Shown: in pieces, positions 1-9,586 of the stretch
Layout of the letters: each line of letters starts with the position of its first letter
Position numbering within the stretch: position 1 is the stretch's first letter
Assembly (NCBI GenBank): GCA_963706795.1
Contig: OY970170.1
Span: forward strand, 390,001-422,000
Reading direction: 5' to 3'
DNA from: Candidatus Saccharimonadota bacterium
GTDB lineage: Bacteria; Patescibacteriota; Gracilibacteria; BD1-5; UBA2023
Length of the DNA: 32,000 nt
Notes under the pieces: model-generated
Database searches by the model: none
Seen by the model: the letters and a program-made list of their open reading frames with translations, nothing else
Told to the model about the DNA's origin: nothing
Position numbers and translations under genes: made by a program

Positions 1-511
1 CAACAATGCTTCCTGTTTTTGTAAGTAGTTTTTGTGCATGTGGAAGTACTTCTCGAAGCGAAATAAATGACACATCGATGGTAATAATCTCGAACAGTTC
101 GGGACTTTGCCATGTGCGAATATCAGTATTTTCGAGTGATGTAATCTTAGGATTTCATCTGAGCGATTCATGCAGTTGTGCTGATCACACGTCGAGCGCC
201 ACCACATGCTTCGCTCATTTTTCGAGAAGCACTTGAGTGAACCCCCCTGTAGAAGATCCGATATCGAGACAATGTTTCCCTGAGATATCTATAGGATATT
301 CCTCAAGAAATCCAGCAAGTTTCATAGCACTACGCGCCACATAGCGCAAACGAGGATCGTCTTTTACCTGAACTTCGTGCGTTTCGAGCACTTCAAAAGA
401 AGCTTTTTTTGTAGGCTTTCCATCGATAAAAACAAGCCCAGATTCGATTAAGAATTGGGCTCTATTACGAGAAAGTGTGAGTGATTGTGCAAGATACTGG
501 TCGAGTCGCAT
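1..511 (-). CDS. tlyA: TlyA-family rRNA 2'-O-methyltransferase (hemolysin A-like); C-terminal end lies beyond the window
   Basis: Track ORF 215..511 has an S4-like N-terminus (MRLDQYLAQSL...) and the SAM motif LDIGSSTGGFTQ. It stops at TGA 215-217, but the same frame stays open to position 2: [G]AKHVVALDV[G]SAQLHESLR[G]NPK...TIDVSFISL. In-frame TGA at 215, 185 and 155. Confidence 0.85.
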
Positions 512-537
512 GTGAAACTTCAGGGAAAGATAATACG

Positions 538-1401
538 CTATATTCGTGTCTTCATGAATTCCCTCAATTTAGGCCCCAGATCTTCTCTGGCAAGTGCATA
601 ATCAATCGTAGCCCTAAGAAATCCAAATTTATCACCCGTGTCATAGCGCATTCATTCGAGCTCAAGCCCGTAGATATCGCGATCTGCGAGCATGGCCATG
701 AAGGCATCCGCAAGGCGTTTTTCGTTGTCTTTACCACTTGACGCTTTTTCGATGTAATCAAAAATATCAGGAGTCAGAACGTATTTACCAATTACACCCA
801 GTCTCGAGCTTGTCTCGCTGGCTTTTGGTTTTTCAAGGAAGTGATCTACCTTATGGGCGCGTCATTCGGATGTTGTTGATTCGATGATTCCATAGCTCGA
901 AACCTGATCATCAGTCACTCGCTCGAGCGCTATAATTGGCGATTGTTTCTGATGAAAAGCCTCAATAAGTTGAGCAGCTCAAGGAACACTATGCGAGATG
1001 AGATCATCCCCAAAAAGCACCAAAAATGGCTCATTGCCAACAAAATGTCGTGCATACATAAGCGCATCCCCATCACCGCGAGGCAGGGGTTGGCGAACAT
1101 AGGCAATATTTGCAAGATTTGAAACCTTTTCGACTTCTGCCAACTCTTTAACTTTACCTTTTTCTACGAGCGTGTATTCGAGCTCAAATGATGTATCAAA
1201 GTGATCCTCAATGCTTCGCTTCCCGCGCCCTGTAACAATAACAATATCCGTAATACCCGAAGCAACAGCTTCTTCTACAAGATATTGGATTACCGGCTTA
1301 TCAACAATCGGCAGCATTTCTTTTGGCTGAGCCTTGGTAGCAGGCAAAAATCGTGTCCCGAACCCTGCGGCTGGGATGATGCATTTGGTGATTGGTTTCA
1401 T
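538..1401 (-). CDS. galU: UTP--glucose-1-phosphate uridylyltransferase
   Basis: N-terminus is [31 protein letters not shown]. Track ORF 979..1401 continues in frame through TGA at 979, 862 and 652 to TAG 538-540 (287 aa). LE[G][11 protein letters not shown] matches the conserved EGxRYDxGxKxG block of GalU/GtaB. Confidence 0.9.
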
Positions 1402-1434
1402 GAAATTTTTGCTTATGATAGATGACTTTTTGTT

Positions 1435-1908
1435 TTATCCAAGCTTCTTCTTATTTTGCTTTCGGTGGCAAATATAGAGAGTGCGATAGACATAAGTAGT
1501 CGACGCTAAAAGTAGCAATACACCAATTGTTCGAACTTCATAGCCAAAAAATGGCAAACTCGACATGAGCGAAGACAGTCCTAGATATGTCGCAATAGTA
1601 ACACTACATGCAGGACAACCAGTCACCAAAATTGAGAAAAAAGACCCTAAAATTCCTGCTCAATCTTTTTTTTCGAATCGAGTAAAATGGATAATTTTAT
1701 AGGTCGAGAGCCCAAAAAATATTGGCGCAAAAATCAGCGTCAGCACACTTAAAAAAATCTCATAGTAATAAGCAAAAGAGCCAAGATTACCAAGAGTAAG
1801 CGCGAAGTCAGAAAAAGTGTATTCGATATATCCAAACACCACGAGCATCAGAAGAGTCGGAATGACGAACGCTCGAGAGCGCAGAATACGAGAGAGATTA
1901 TTCGTCAT
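1435..1908 (-). CDS. small polytopic membrane protein with an intramembrane C-P-x-C motif
   Basis: Likely start is ATG 1906-1908 (MTNNLSRIL...). Track ORFs 1660..1977 and 1435..1629 join in frame across TGA 1660-1662. There are about 4 hydrophobic segments and LVTGCPACSV lies inside one. It overlaps the upstream gene by 11 nt. Confidence 0.6.
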
Positions 1909-2524
1909 GACCACCACAGGCTGCAGGATCTGGAAGACTATTCTGCTCATGTGCCGAAGATGGAACCATAGCAGCACGTGCTATTACCGCATCATTTGTC
2001 GCGTTTGAATAATCTATCAAGAGACGATCTTCGGATCGAATTTGAAGATTTTGAGGATTTTGAATGAACTTGCCATTGAGTACAAATCGCAGCTTTTTCT
2101 GAGCATCACTACGATACATTTTACCCGCATTATCCACAATATAATCGGCTCCAAAATTCCAACGTAAATTGCTCATGAGGTGACCCCATGCAGCGCCCGC
2201 ATCATGAACATGAAGCAGTCCGCCTTTGTTTTCATGGAGATGCACTCGATCCTGTGGGGTTTCTTTGTTAGGATCGACTGCACAACTAGCGAGTTCTTCC
2301 ATGTACTGATCACCATCAAAATTCACAAAGTCCTTATCAAGGAAGACGAGGAAATTAGCATGGTAATGGACTTTTGCCGTCGATCCAGAAGCAGAATGCG
2401 AATGTTCAGGAATGACAGAAGTCTGGGTTTTGTACCAAACGAGTGCCGAAATAACGAGAATGATATCAAGAATGATAAAGCAAGCAATAACGAGCTTGAT
2501 GCGAGATGGAGGAGTTGTAATCAT
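1898..2524 (-). CDS. membrane-anchored protein with histidine clusters, function unknown
   Basis: Intact track ORF of 208 aa. It has an N-terminal TM (IKLVIACFIILDIILVISALVWY), then HSHSASGSTAKVHYHANF and VHLHENKGGLLHVHDAG. I cannot name the family with certainty. Confidence 0.65.
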   Translation of the reverse strand: MITTPPSRIKLVIACFIILDIILVISALVWYKTQTSVIPEHSHSASGSTAKVHYHANFLVFLDKDFVNFDGDQYMEELASCAVDPNKETPQDRVHLHENKGGLLHVHDAGAAWGHLMSNLRWNFGADYIVDNAGKMYRSDAQKKLRFVLNGKFIQNPQNLQIRSEDRLLIDYSNATNDAVIARAAMVPSSAHEQNSLPDPAACGGHDE

Positions 2525-2533
2525 GCCCCCATA

Positions 2534-4684
2534 CTACGAAGCAAATCAGGCATCGCAAGTAGAATTACGCCTTCTCCCAACAAAATATCCACCCATTCAG
2601 ACTACAATAGCTAAAACTCACGCTGCGGCAGCTCGTCCAGCATTCGAAACTGCTCATGAATCTTGAGAGTTTTGAGCTTTATTTGAGGTAGTAGGCACAA
2701 TTTTTGAAGGAACTTTTTGTCTTGCAAGCAGCTTTGGTTTTTTGGCTGTGGCAACCTTTTTGGATTTCTTTTTAGTAGAGATCTTCGCCTTTTTAGAAGT
2801 CGTAAGTTTAGATTTTTTAGAAGTTGAAAGTCATTTTTCGGATTTTTCTGCTTTGGAAACCTTGCTCACCTTTGGATCTTTTTTTGTCTTTTTAGAAGTT
2901 TTTGCTCATGCCTCACCTGCAAAAAACTCAGATGACAAAAGCGCTGTACGTGAGGCTACAATTGGCTCAATAAAGCGATTTACTCACTGAAATACACGAT
3001 CAATAGGTTCTGGAATAATGCTCATGACTGATATTTTTGCCGTACGAGCGATCTCGGATTTTGAGGATTTCTTGGGAGCAGCTTCCGCGCTGCTTGCTAC
3101 AGATTTGGCGCGAATGGTAATAGTCCTCGCAATAACATTTTCGGGCTTTCCGTCTTCGGAGAGATTGAGTGTCACTTGATGATCACCTTCTGCAAATTCG
3201 ACAGAGCGCGGATTGCAACTGGTGAGACTTTTTTCATCGGTACTTCATCATTCGAATATCCAACTGCATCGCTCGTAGGCAAATTTTGGTATAAAAATAA
3301 AATTGACCCGACATGGACTCGAACGACACACAAGATCATCCGAAAGTCATGATTGTGCTGAAAAAATAGGATCTGAGAGCGATCTCGATGGGCCAAAATA
3401 GATTGTAGAAGAGGATGTTACTACACTCGATCCTCCGGATGCTGGGGCTGTTGGTGGCGCTATATAGGCAGTATTTTCAATAAACTCAGATGAGTAGGCA
3501 TGGAAGGATTTGGTGTAGGTAAGTGCTTCTGCATCTTTACCATTGAGATCCTTGAGCCCGAATCCTGAATACGTCTTGAGACGAATATGACTGCTTGTAG
3601 AAGTATTAATGTGGAGATCAAGATGCTCAATATCTCACTCAATAAGATCAATAATGAGTTCAGAGCCGGAAAGTGTAAGTGACTCGATAGCTCCTGTTGA
3701 GCTCTCAATTTTCGTACTCGCGAGACCACCAGTTCAAGAATACAAAACGATCTTACTTGCGTCGAGACTTCCTGTAAGTATGGCAGAATACTCGATAGTT
3801 AACCGATCGATTTTCCCATTGTCATCAGTGTCTTCAAGGATGAGTTTTTGGGCTTCGGTCGGAATAATAGATCCGGAATTTTGGATCACTGGAGGAATAG
3901 ACGATACGGAACCCGAGGAGATAGATGGCCCAGTCGACGAAATATTTGAGGATGGAAGTGTGCTGCCGGTTTGAGTGATGTTCACGCTTCACGTTGAGGA
4001 TTGAGATGCTCAAGTTGCAGTAACCCCTAGATCGGTAGCTCATGTCTGAGAGCTACCTCCATCCGTGAGTGATCAAGAAGCCGTCGAAAGGACAGCGCCA
4101 GTTGCATTTCAAGCGACACTACCCGTAGATGCAATAGATCAGGTGGATTCGAGGAGCGAACCGGAATTATTTTGGATAGGAACCACTGCTCAAGTATTTG
4201 AAGTCACTCATCCTGTCGAAGAGGTCGGTGGAGTGTCTATGCTTCCCGTCGCTGTGGGTATCGCAGGAACTGGTGGAATTTCAGGAATCGTTACGCATTG
4301 TGGAAGCACGTAGTGACCCGTCGAGAGCGATATATCTTTGGCACTTGTGGCATATGAGAACTGATCAATCAAAGCACCAGAGGCATCAAGGAGATCAATA
4401 CGTTCATCGGTATTATTGAGAATAATTTTTGATTCTGGTCGCATAACTCGCCGACGTTGTCATGAAGAAAGTGTACCAGAAAGCAAATAGGTCTTACCCG
4501 AAGCATCTCGAAGGATGTATCCTGTAATATCCATATCAAAACAGGTGATATCTGCAATCTCTATATATTCGAGATTAGCATCATCACTGGTATTGGGCAG
4601 GACTGCATCAATCACAATACCCGAAGTTGCAAACACCGTCAGTCCTCACAAGAGAAACAAGACAACAAAAAGCCAGCTTTTCAT
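2534..4684 (-). CDS. secreted lamin-tail-domain (LTD) surface protein with S/T/G-rich linker, beta-rich middle, Lys-rich tail and C-terminal TM anchor (716 aa)
   Basis: I translated the whole minus frame codon by codon. There is no TAA/TAG between ATG 4682-4684 and TAG 2534-2536, and 22 in-frame TGA. Signal peptide: MKSWLFVVLFLLGGLTVFA. LTD-like block: IVIDAVLPNTSDDANLEYIEIADIT...ILNNTDERIDLLDASGALIDQFSYA. C-terminus: AGRAAAAGVLAIVVGMGGYFVGRRRN. Track ORFs 4208..4444, 3734..3985 and 2984..3175 are fragments of it. An alternative ATG lies at 4688-4690. Confidence 0.8.
2740..2910 (-). repeat. coding low-complexity Lys/Ser/Thr repeat inside the LTD protein gene
   Basis: The + strand shows reiterated TTTTTAGAAG(T)-type units. 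The minus-frame translation is KTSKKTKKDPKVSKVSKAEKSEK[G]LSTSKKSKLTTSKKAKISTKKKSKK. Confidence 0.6.
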
Positions 4685-4739
4685 GTGCATTTTGTACACG
4701 CGAAAAGCTGGAAAAAAACGGAAAAGCGAGAGAAATTTA

Positions 4740-6683
4740 TTACACTGTTGCCTTCTTTGGGACTGCAATACCCTCAAAGAATGCATCAAATTCAGTTGCG
4801 AGGAGTTCTTCTTTTTGAAGAAGGACTTCGGCTACTGTTTGATGGATAGCATGGTACTCAGTAAGCACGACTCGAGCTCGCTCATAGGCGGAGAGTAGTA
4901 TAGCACGAACCTTTTCATCGATCTTTTCTTGAGTTTTGTCAGAGAAGATTTTTCCTCCTCCTTCACCGCCAAGATAGTTGCCTTCGATAGCGTCAGATGC
5001 GAAGTTTTCAGGTCCGAGTTCATCATCAAATCCATAGCGCATCACCATCGCACGAGCAATTTCAGTGGCATGCTCGATATCACTCGACGCACCTGTTGTA
5101 ATAAGGTCCTTACCAAAAAAGATTTCTTCAGCAACGCGTCCACCGTAGAGCGTAGCAAGCTCATCGAGGTATTTTGCTTTGGTGATATATGTACGGTCTT
5201 TTTCTGGGAGGAACCAAGTTACTCAACCAGCCCCACCACGTGGAATAATCGAGATTTTATGAACCGGATCATTATATGGAAGCATCTTTCCTACGATTGC
5301 GTGTCCGACTTCATGATAGGCAGTGATTTTTTTCTCGAGTTCGGTCATGCGGGACGATTTTTTTGTATTCCCCATGAGGACTTTTTCGATCGACTGCTGG
5401 ATCATTGCCTGTGAGAGCTCTTTTTGACCCATACGACCCGCGAGAATCGCTGATTCATTGAGGAGATTACCCAAATCAGCACCTGAGAATCCAATCGTTG
5501 ATGCGGCAATTTTTCGGAAATCTACATCCTTCGCCATAGGCTTCCCCTTAGCATGAACCTCAAGAATCTTGATACGGTCCTCAAGATTTGGGAGATTGAT
5601 CGTCACCTTGCGGTCAAATCGGCCTGGTCTCAGAAGTGCCTTATCTAGAACATCGGCACGATTGGTCGCTGCGAGGACGATCACGCTGGTCTCATTGTCG
5701 AATCCATCCATTTCTGTAAGGATCTGATTGAGTGTCTGCTCGCGTTCGTCATGACCTCCACCAATTCCAGGCGAACGCTTTTTACCAATGGCATCGATTT
5801 CGTCGATAAAGATGATCGAAGGCGAACGTTCCTTTGCTTCTTTGAAGAGATCTCGTACACGAGAAGCTCCTACTCCAACAAACATTTCTACAAATTCGGA
5901 ACCCGAAATTGAGAAAAATGGGACGTTAGATTCTCCAGCAACAGCACGAGCCAGAAGGGTTTTACCCGTTCCTGGAGGTCCAACCATGAGGATACCACGA
6001 GGGATTTTCGCTCAAAGATCCTTAAATTTCTTTGGATTTTTGAGGAAGTCGACAACTTCGGCGAGGTCTTCTTTTTCTTCTACTGATCCAGCAACATCGC
6101 CAAAAGTCACGCGGTCCTTACCTGGCTCATAGATGCGAGCTCGAGATTTAATAAATGCCATCGGTCCACCTCCACCACCACTCATACGAGAGACAACGAA
6201 GACAATCAACACCACAAATATGATCGTCATGACCACGCTCGGAAGCGAATCTACAAGGAATTTACCCCAAAAATCATCCTTCACACTGATCTTGGTAGGA
6301 TTTTTGATATCCGAAAACCCAAGATCCTTAAGGCTGTCCTTTGGAGGCAAGAGAATCTTGTCGACATCAACAACGCTTACGGTTTTTGCACCGATATTTT
6401 CGGTATGTGCGGGCTTTTTAGCATAGAGCGTATTCCCCTCTACAACGAGCTCCTGGTAAGAGCCGGAAAGATAATTAGTAACGACTTGGTTGATACCAAT
6501 TTTATCGTTGATATTCTCTTTTTGGCCACCGGCAAAATTTAAAAAAATTGCCGAAAGAACGATTGCTACCGCAAAAAGCACAAAGAGCGGATGAAGCTTT
6601 TTAGGTTTTTTGGGAGATTTTGTAGTGGCCTTCTTGATCATATCCATCATTTCTTCTTTGGATTTTTTAGGTTTTTTCGTCAT
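4740..6683 (-). CDS. ftsH: ATP-dependent zinc metalloprotease FtsH
   Basis: Track ORFs 6012..6683, 5223..5987 and 4740..5048 share one frame. Motifs: Walker A GPPGTGKT, Walker [33 protein letters not shown], zinc site HEVGHAIVG. The joins are TGA 6012 (FKDL[G]AKIPRG) and TGA 5223 (IIPRGGAG[G]VTWFLPE), both at Gly positions conserved in FtsH. Product is 647 aa. Confidence 0.95.
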
Positions 6684-6719
6684 GTCTACCGAATTTTATG
6701 AGTATTTGAGCGACGCTTC

Positions 6720-6747
6720 ATTCTAGAAAAAAGACTGAGAAATGCAA
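6720..6747 (-). promoter_or_regulatory. candidate sigma70-type promoter for ftsH
   Basis: The minus strand reads TTGCAT, then a 16-nt spacer, then TAGAAT. The -10 element ends about 37 nt upstream of the ftsH ATG (6683). Confidence 0.4.
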
Positions 6748-6784
6748 ATAGATGAGACTTTTTTATGAAAGAAGCGGAGAAATC

Positions 6785-6812
6785 TTGACAAGATCATTTT
6801 AACTCTTACAAA
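6785..6812 (+). promoter_or_regulatory. candidate promoter for the 6834 gene
   Basis: TTGACA (6785-6790), a 16-nt spacer, then TACAAA (6807-6812), about 20 nt upstream of ATG 6834. Confidence 0.35.
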
Positions 6813-6833
6813 GAAGAAAATTATTTCACACAT

Positions 6834-7280
6834 ATGACACGTTTTCTCCTCGCTCTCGTCGCCATTATTTCGGTTTTTGCCAATCTTGCGCCAGTCTCGG
6901 CACAGACAGATTTCTTTGAAGGCAATATCATCGGAAATGAGGCATTTACTACACGCATGGATGCCATCAAGATGAATAGTTACATCTTTCGGTCAGGTGC
7001 GCTCAATGACAAACTCGCACAAACGCGATATTTTCTCTCGAAGACTAAGCGAAATACTCTTGCAAATTTGGCAGATGGGACGATAACAAAGTACACGGCC
7101 GATGATGTTGCAGGATCTCTCGAGTACCTCACGCATTCGATGAATACATATTTTGCTAATATGAAGGCCTACGAACGTACTTCTCGCAAGATCTACAAGA
7201 CACTCGCTACTCAAAATCTGGGTGACGCCTCTGCCGTATATAACGAGCTCAAGGCCATCACTTGGAATTCTCTCAGGTAA
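6834..7280 (+). CDS. secreted hypothetical protein (148 aa)
   Basis: Intact track ORF with a signal peptide (MTRFLLALVAIISVFANLAPVSA/QT). The mature part looks helical. No family recognised. Confidence 0.7.
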   Translation: MTRFLLALVAIISVFANLAPVSAQTDFFEGNIIGNEAFTTRMDAIKMNSYIFRSGALNDKLAQTRYFLSKTKRNTLANLADGTITKYTADDVAGSLEYLTHSMNTYFANMKAYERTSRKIYKTLATQNLGDASAVYNELKAITWNSLR

Positions 7281-7286
7281 TCCACC

Positions 7287-8084
7287 ATGAACACTTTCGC
7301 CTCCTACCCTACTGACGAAAACACTCCAGATCAGATCAAACAAGATATCGCAGAAGCTCTCTCGATAGCATTTCCTGCAGAGCTCAGCTATGTAATGTTT
7401 GACCACAAAAAAGAGAATCAGATCTATTTTTTTGATCCAGGATTTAACGAAATTATCGATGTCGAAATTGGCATCAGAAAAACTCTTTGAGCAAACAAGA
7501 CGTGACCTCGGTACTGATATTTAGATATTCGGTTTGATGAAGCAGACTATACACTCTGCACGAGAGCGATTGATGTTCTTGTTAAATCATACAAAAACAT
7601 CAATGCATCTCGCATAACACAGGAAGTGGAACAAGTAGATGACGAATTCTCAAGTTTTGTAAAGAAAGTAGATGATGAGACCATAAAAGAGAACTTTTCT
7701 CACGGGCTCCCTGATATCATCACTTACACATACAGACTTCCCTGGAAAATTCCTCGAGAAAACGCACGGACCGGCCTACAAGAGATGCTGAGCATCCTCA
7801 TGGAAGAACTTATGCACCTCAGCGCCCCAGTAAGAGAGATGCAACTGAGTCAGGAAATCTATGTCAGTGGTAAAATCAAAGGTATTCAGTCCATTTTCAA
7901 TCACAAAACCGACCAAGAGCCAAGAGTATTGAGTGATCTATCAAAAACTCGTGCAGAGCACTATCAAGTACCCCTCGAGCAGGCAGAAATACGAGCAAAA
8001 GTTGAGGATATATTTGAGCACGGTGGCCCCGAAGAAGAAGAGGCCCGAAACGAACTCAAACGAATCTTCCAAACAAAAAAATAG
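7287..8084 (+). CDS. hypothetical acidic protein (265 aa)
   Basis: Track ORFs 7287..7490 and 7626..8084 are in the same frame. The interval has three TGA (7488, 7503, 7515) and no TAA/TAG. It starts 6 nt after the stop codon of the preceding gene. Confidence 0.65.
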
Positions 8085-8105
8085 TCCGATCGGACTATTT
8101 TTTTG
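8074..8105. terminator. bidirectional intrinsic terminator between convergent genes
   Basis: AAAAAAA-TAGTCC-GATC-GGACTA-TTTTTTT. It overlaps the stop codons of the 7287 gene and of der. Confidence 0.7.
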
Positions 8106-9585
8106 TTTTCTTCCTGCGAACCCCCTTACTAAATGTGCGACGATTACTCACTTGATCGTCTTCAGCGTGGAAAGTTTTGGCGATTTTTTCGATATATTCT
8201 GGATCTTCAGCCTTGAGACCTCCACCCTTCTTAAAGATACTTTCGCGTCCCTTGAGCTCTATGATGACCGGTGTTCCAGAGAATCCAAAGTATTCTCGGA
8301 TCTGGTTCTCGATATAGCGTGGATATGAGAAGTGGAAGTGCTTTTCGTTATTTACCGAAATGAGGAATTTTGGCGGATTCACATCAACCTGAGAACCGTA
8401 GAAGATTTTTGGCTTATGTGACTTTTTATTACCCGTTGGTGGATGCTTGAATGCTATCTGTTCGAGGAAATTATTAAAGACTCCTGTCTTCACTCGCTTC
8501 ATTCGTTCATCACGGATAGTGACTGCGAGATCGAGGATTTCATCGATACGTTTCCCATCAATCGCGCTTGAGAAAATCGGCGTAACGTAGGAGATGAACT
8601 CAAATTTACGACGGAGATATCCGAGATATTCTTCTTTGATCGTTTCGGCATCAACGTCCTTGCGTGCAAGAACCTTATCCCACTTATTAAAGACGAGAAC
8701 GAGACCCTTTGAGGATTCGAGAGCCTTTCCGACGATGGATTGGTCCTGGGAAGTAATTCCTTCACTCGCGTCGAGTACAATGACCGCAACATCGGCACGT
8801 TCGATAGCTCGCTCGCTGCGCATTACGCTCCAGTCTTCGATATTTCGTGCACCAATCTTACCAGAGCGGCGGATACCAGCGGTGTCAATGAGGACGATTT
8901 TTTCTTCTTTGTAATCAAAGATTGAGTCGATGGAGTCTCGTGTTGTTCCAGGCATATCTCGAACCATGGCGCGATTTTCACCGGTAATAGCATTTACGAG
9001 CGACGACTTACCAACATTCGGTCGACCAATGATCGCGATCTTAAGGAAGTCTTCGTCATATTTTGGCTCATTGTAGTTGTAGCCTTCCGCCTTGAGAATG
9101 CGAGCAAATGTCTCAGAGAGATCATAAATACCACGAGAATGCAGCGAACTCGTAGGCACTAACTCAGGGAATCCGAGTGAAAGAAGTGCTTGTGCCTCAC
9201 GAACACGATCAGCATTGTCTGCCTTATTTGCAGCGATGACGATTTTTTTACCAGAACGGCGAAGCATCTTGGCGATTTCTTCGTCATAGGTTGTGATCTT
9301 GTCGTATTCGAGTACGAAGAGGATGATATCCGAACGATCAATCGACTCAGCAACACGCTTACGGACGTCAGTGAGGATTTCGTCATTGGTTCCAAACGAA
9401 AGTCCTCCACAGTCAGCGATGATGTAGGTGAGATGTTCTTCTTCGTCGTGGATTTGGTACTCGAGAACGTCTCGAGTGGTGTTCTCAATATCCGAAACAA
9501 TCGCGATCTTGTGACCCGTGAGGGCATTAAAGATACTTGATTTCCCGACATTGGGACGTCCTACGATGGTGATTCTTGCGATCAT
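8095..9585 (-). CDS. der: ribosome-associated GTPase Der (EngA)
   Basis: Intact 496-aa ORF with two G domains (GRPNVGKSSIFN and GRPNVGKSSLVN, each followed by DTAG/NKxD-type motifs) and a basic C-terminal tail. No in-frame TGA. Confidence 0.93.
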   Translation of the reverse strand: MIARITIVGRPNVGKSSIFNALTGHKIAIVSDIENTTRDVLEYQIHDEEEHLTYIIADCGGLSFGTNDEILTDVRKRVAESIDRSDIILFVLEYDKITTYDEEIAKMLRRSGKKIVIAANKADNADRVREAQALLSLGFPELVPTSSLHSRGIYDLSETFARILKAEGYNYNEPKYDEDFLKIAIIGRPNVGKSSLVNAITGENRAMVRDMPGTTRDSIDSIFDYKEEKIVLIDTAGIRRSGKIGARNIEDWSVMRSERAIERADVAVIVLDASEGITSQDQSIVGKALESSKGLVLVFNKWDKVLARKDVDAETIKEEYLGYLRRKFEFISYVTPIFSSAIDGKRIDEILDLAVTIRDERMKRVKTGVFNNFLEQIAFKHPPTGNKKSHKPKIFYGSQVDVNPPKFLISVNNEKHFHFSYPRYIENQIREYFGFSGTPVIIELKGRESIFKKGGGLKAEDPEYIEKIAKTFHAEDDQVSNRRTFSKGVRRKKTKK

Positions 9586-9586
9586 A

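Noticed and set aside
2742-4313. Plus-strand track ORFs 2742..2990, 3609..3974, 4065..4313 and 4198..4419, and minus-strand out-of-frame ORFs 3172..3396, 3460..3729, 3834..4043 and 4369..4557
   Set aside because: They are antisense or out-of-frame shadows of the LTD protein gene. They have low-complexity, implausible compositions (for example FLDFFLVEIFAFLEV is the complement of the Lys-rich repeat).
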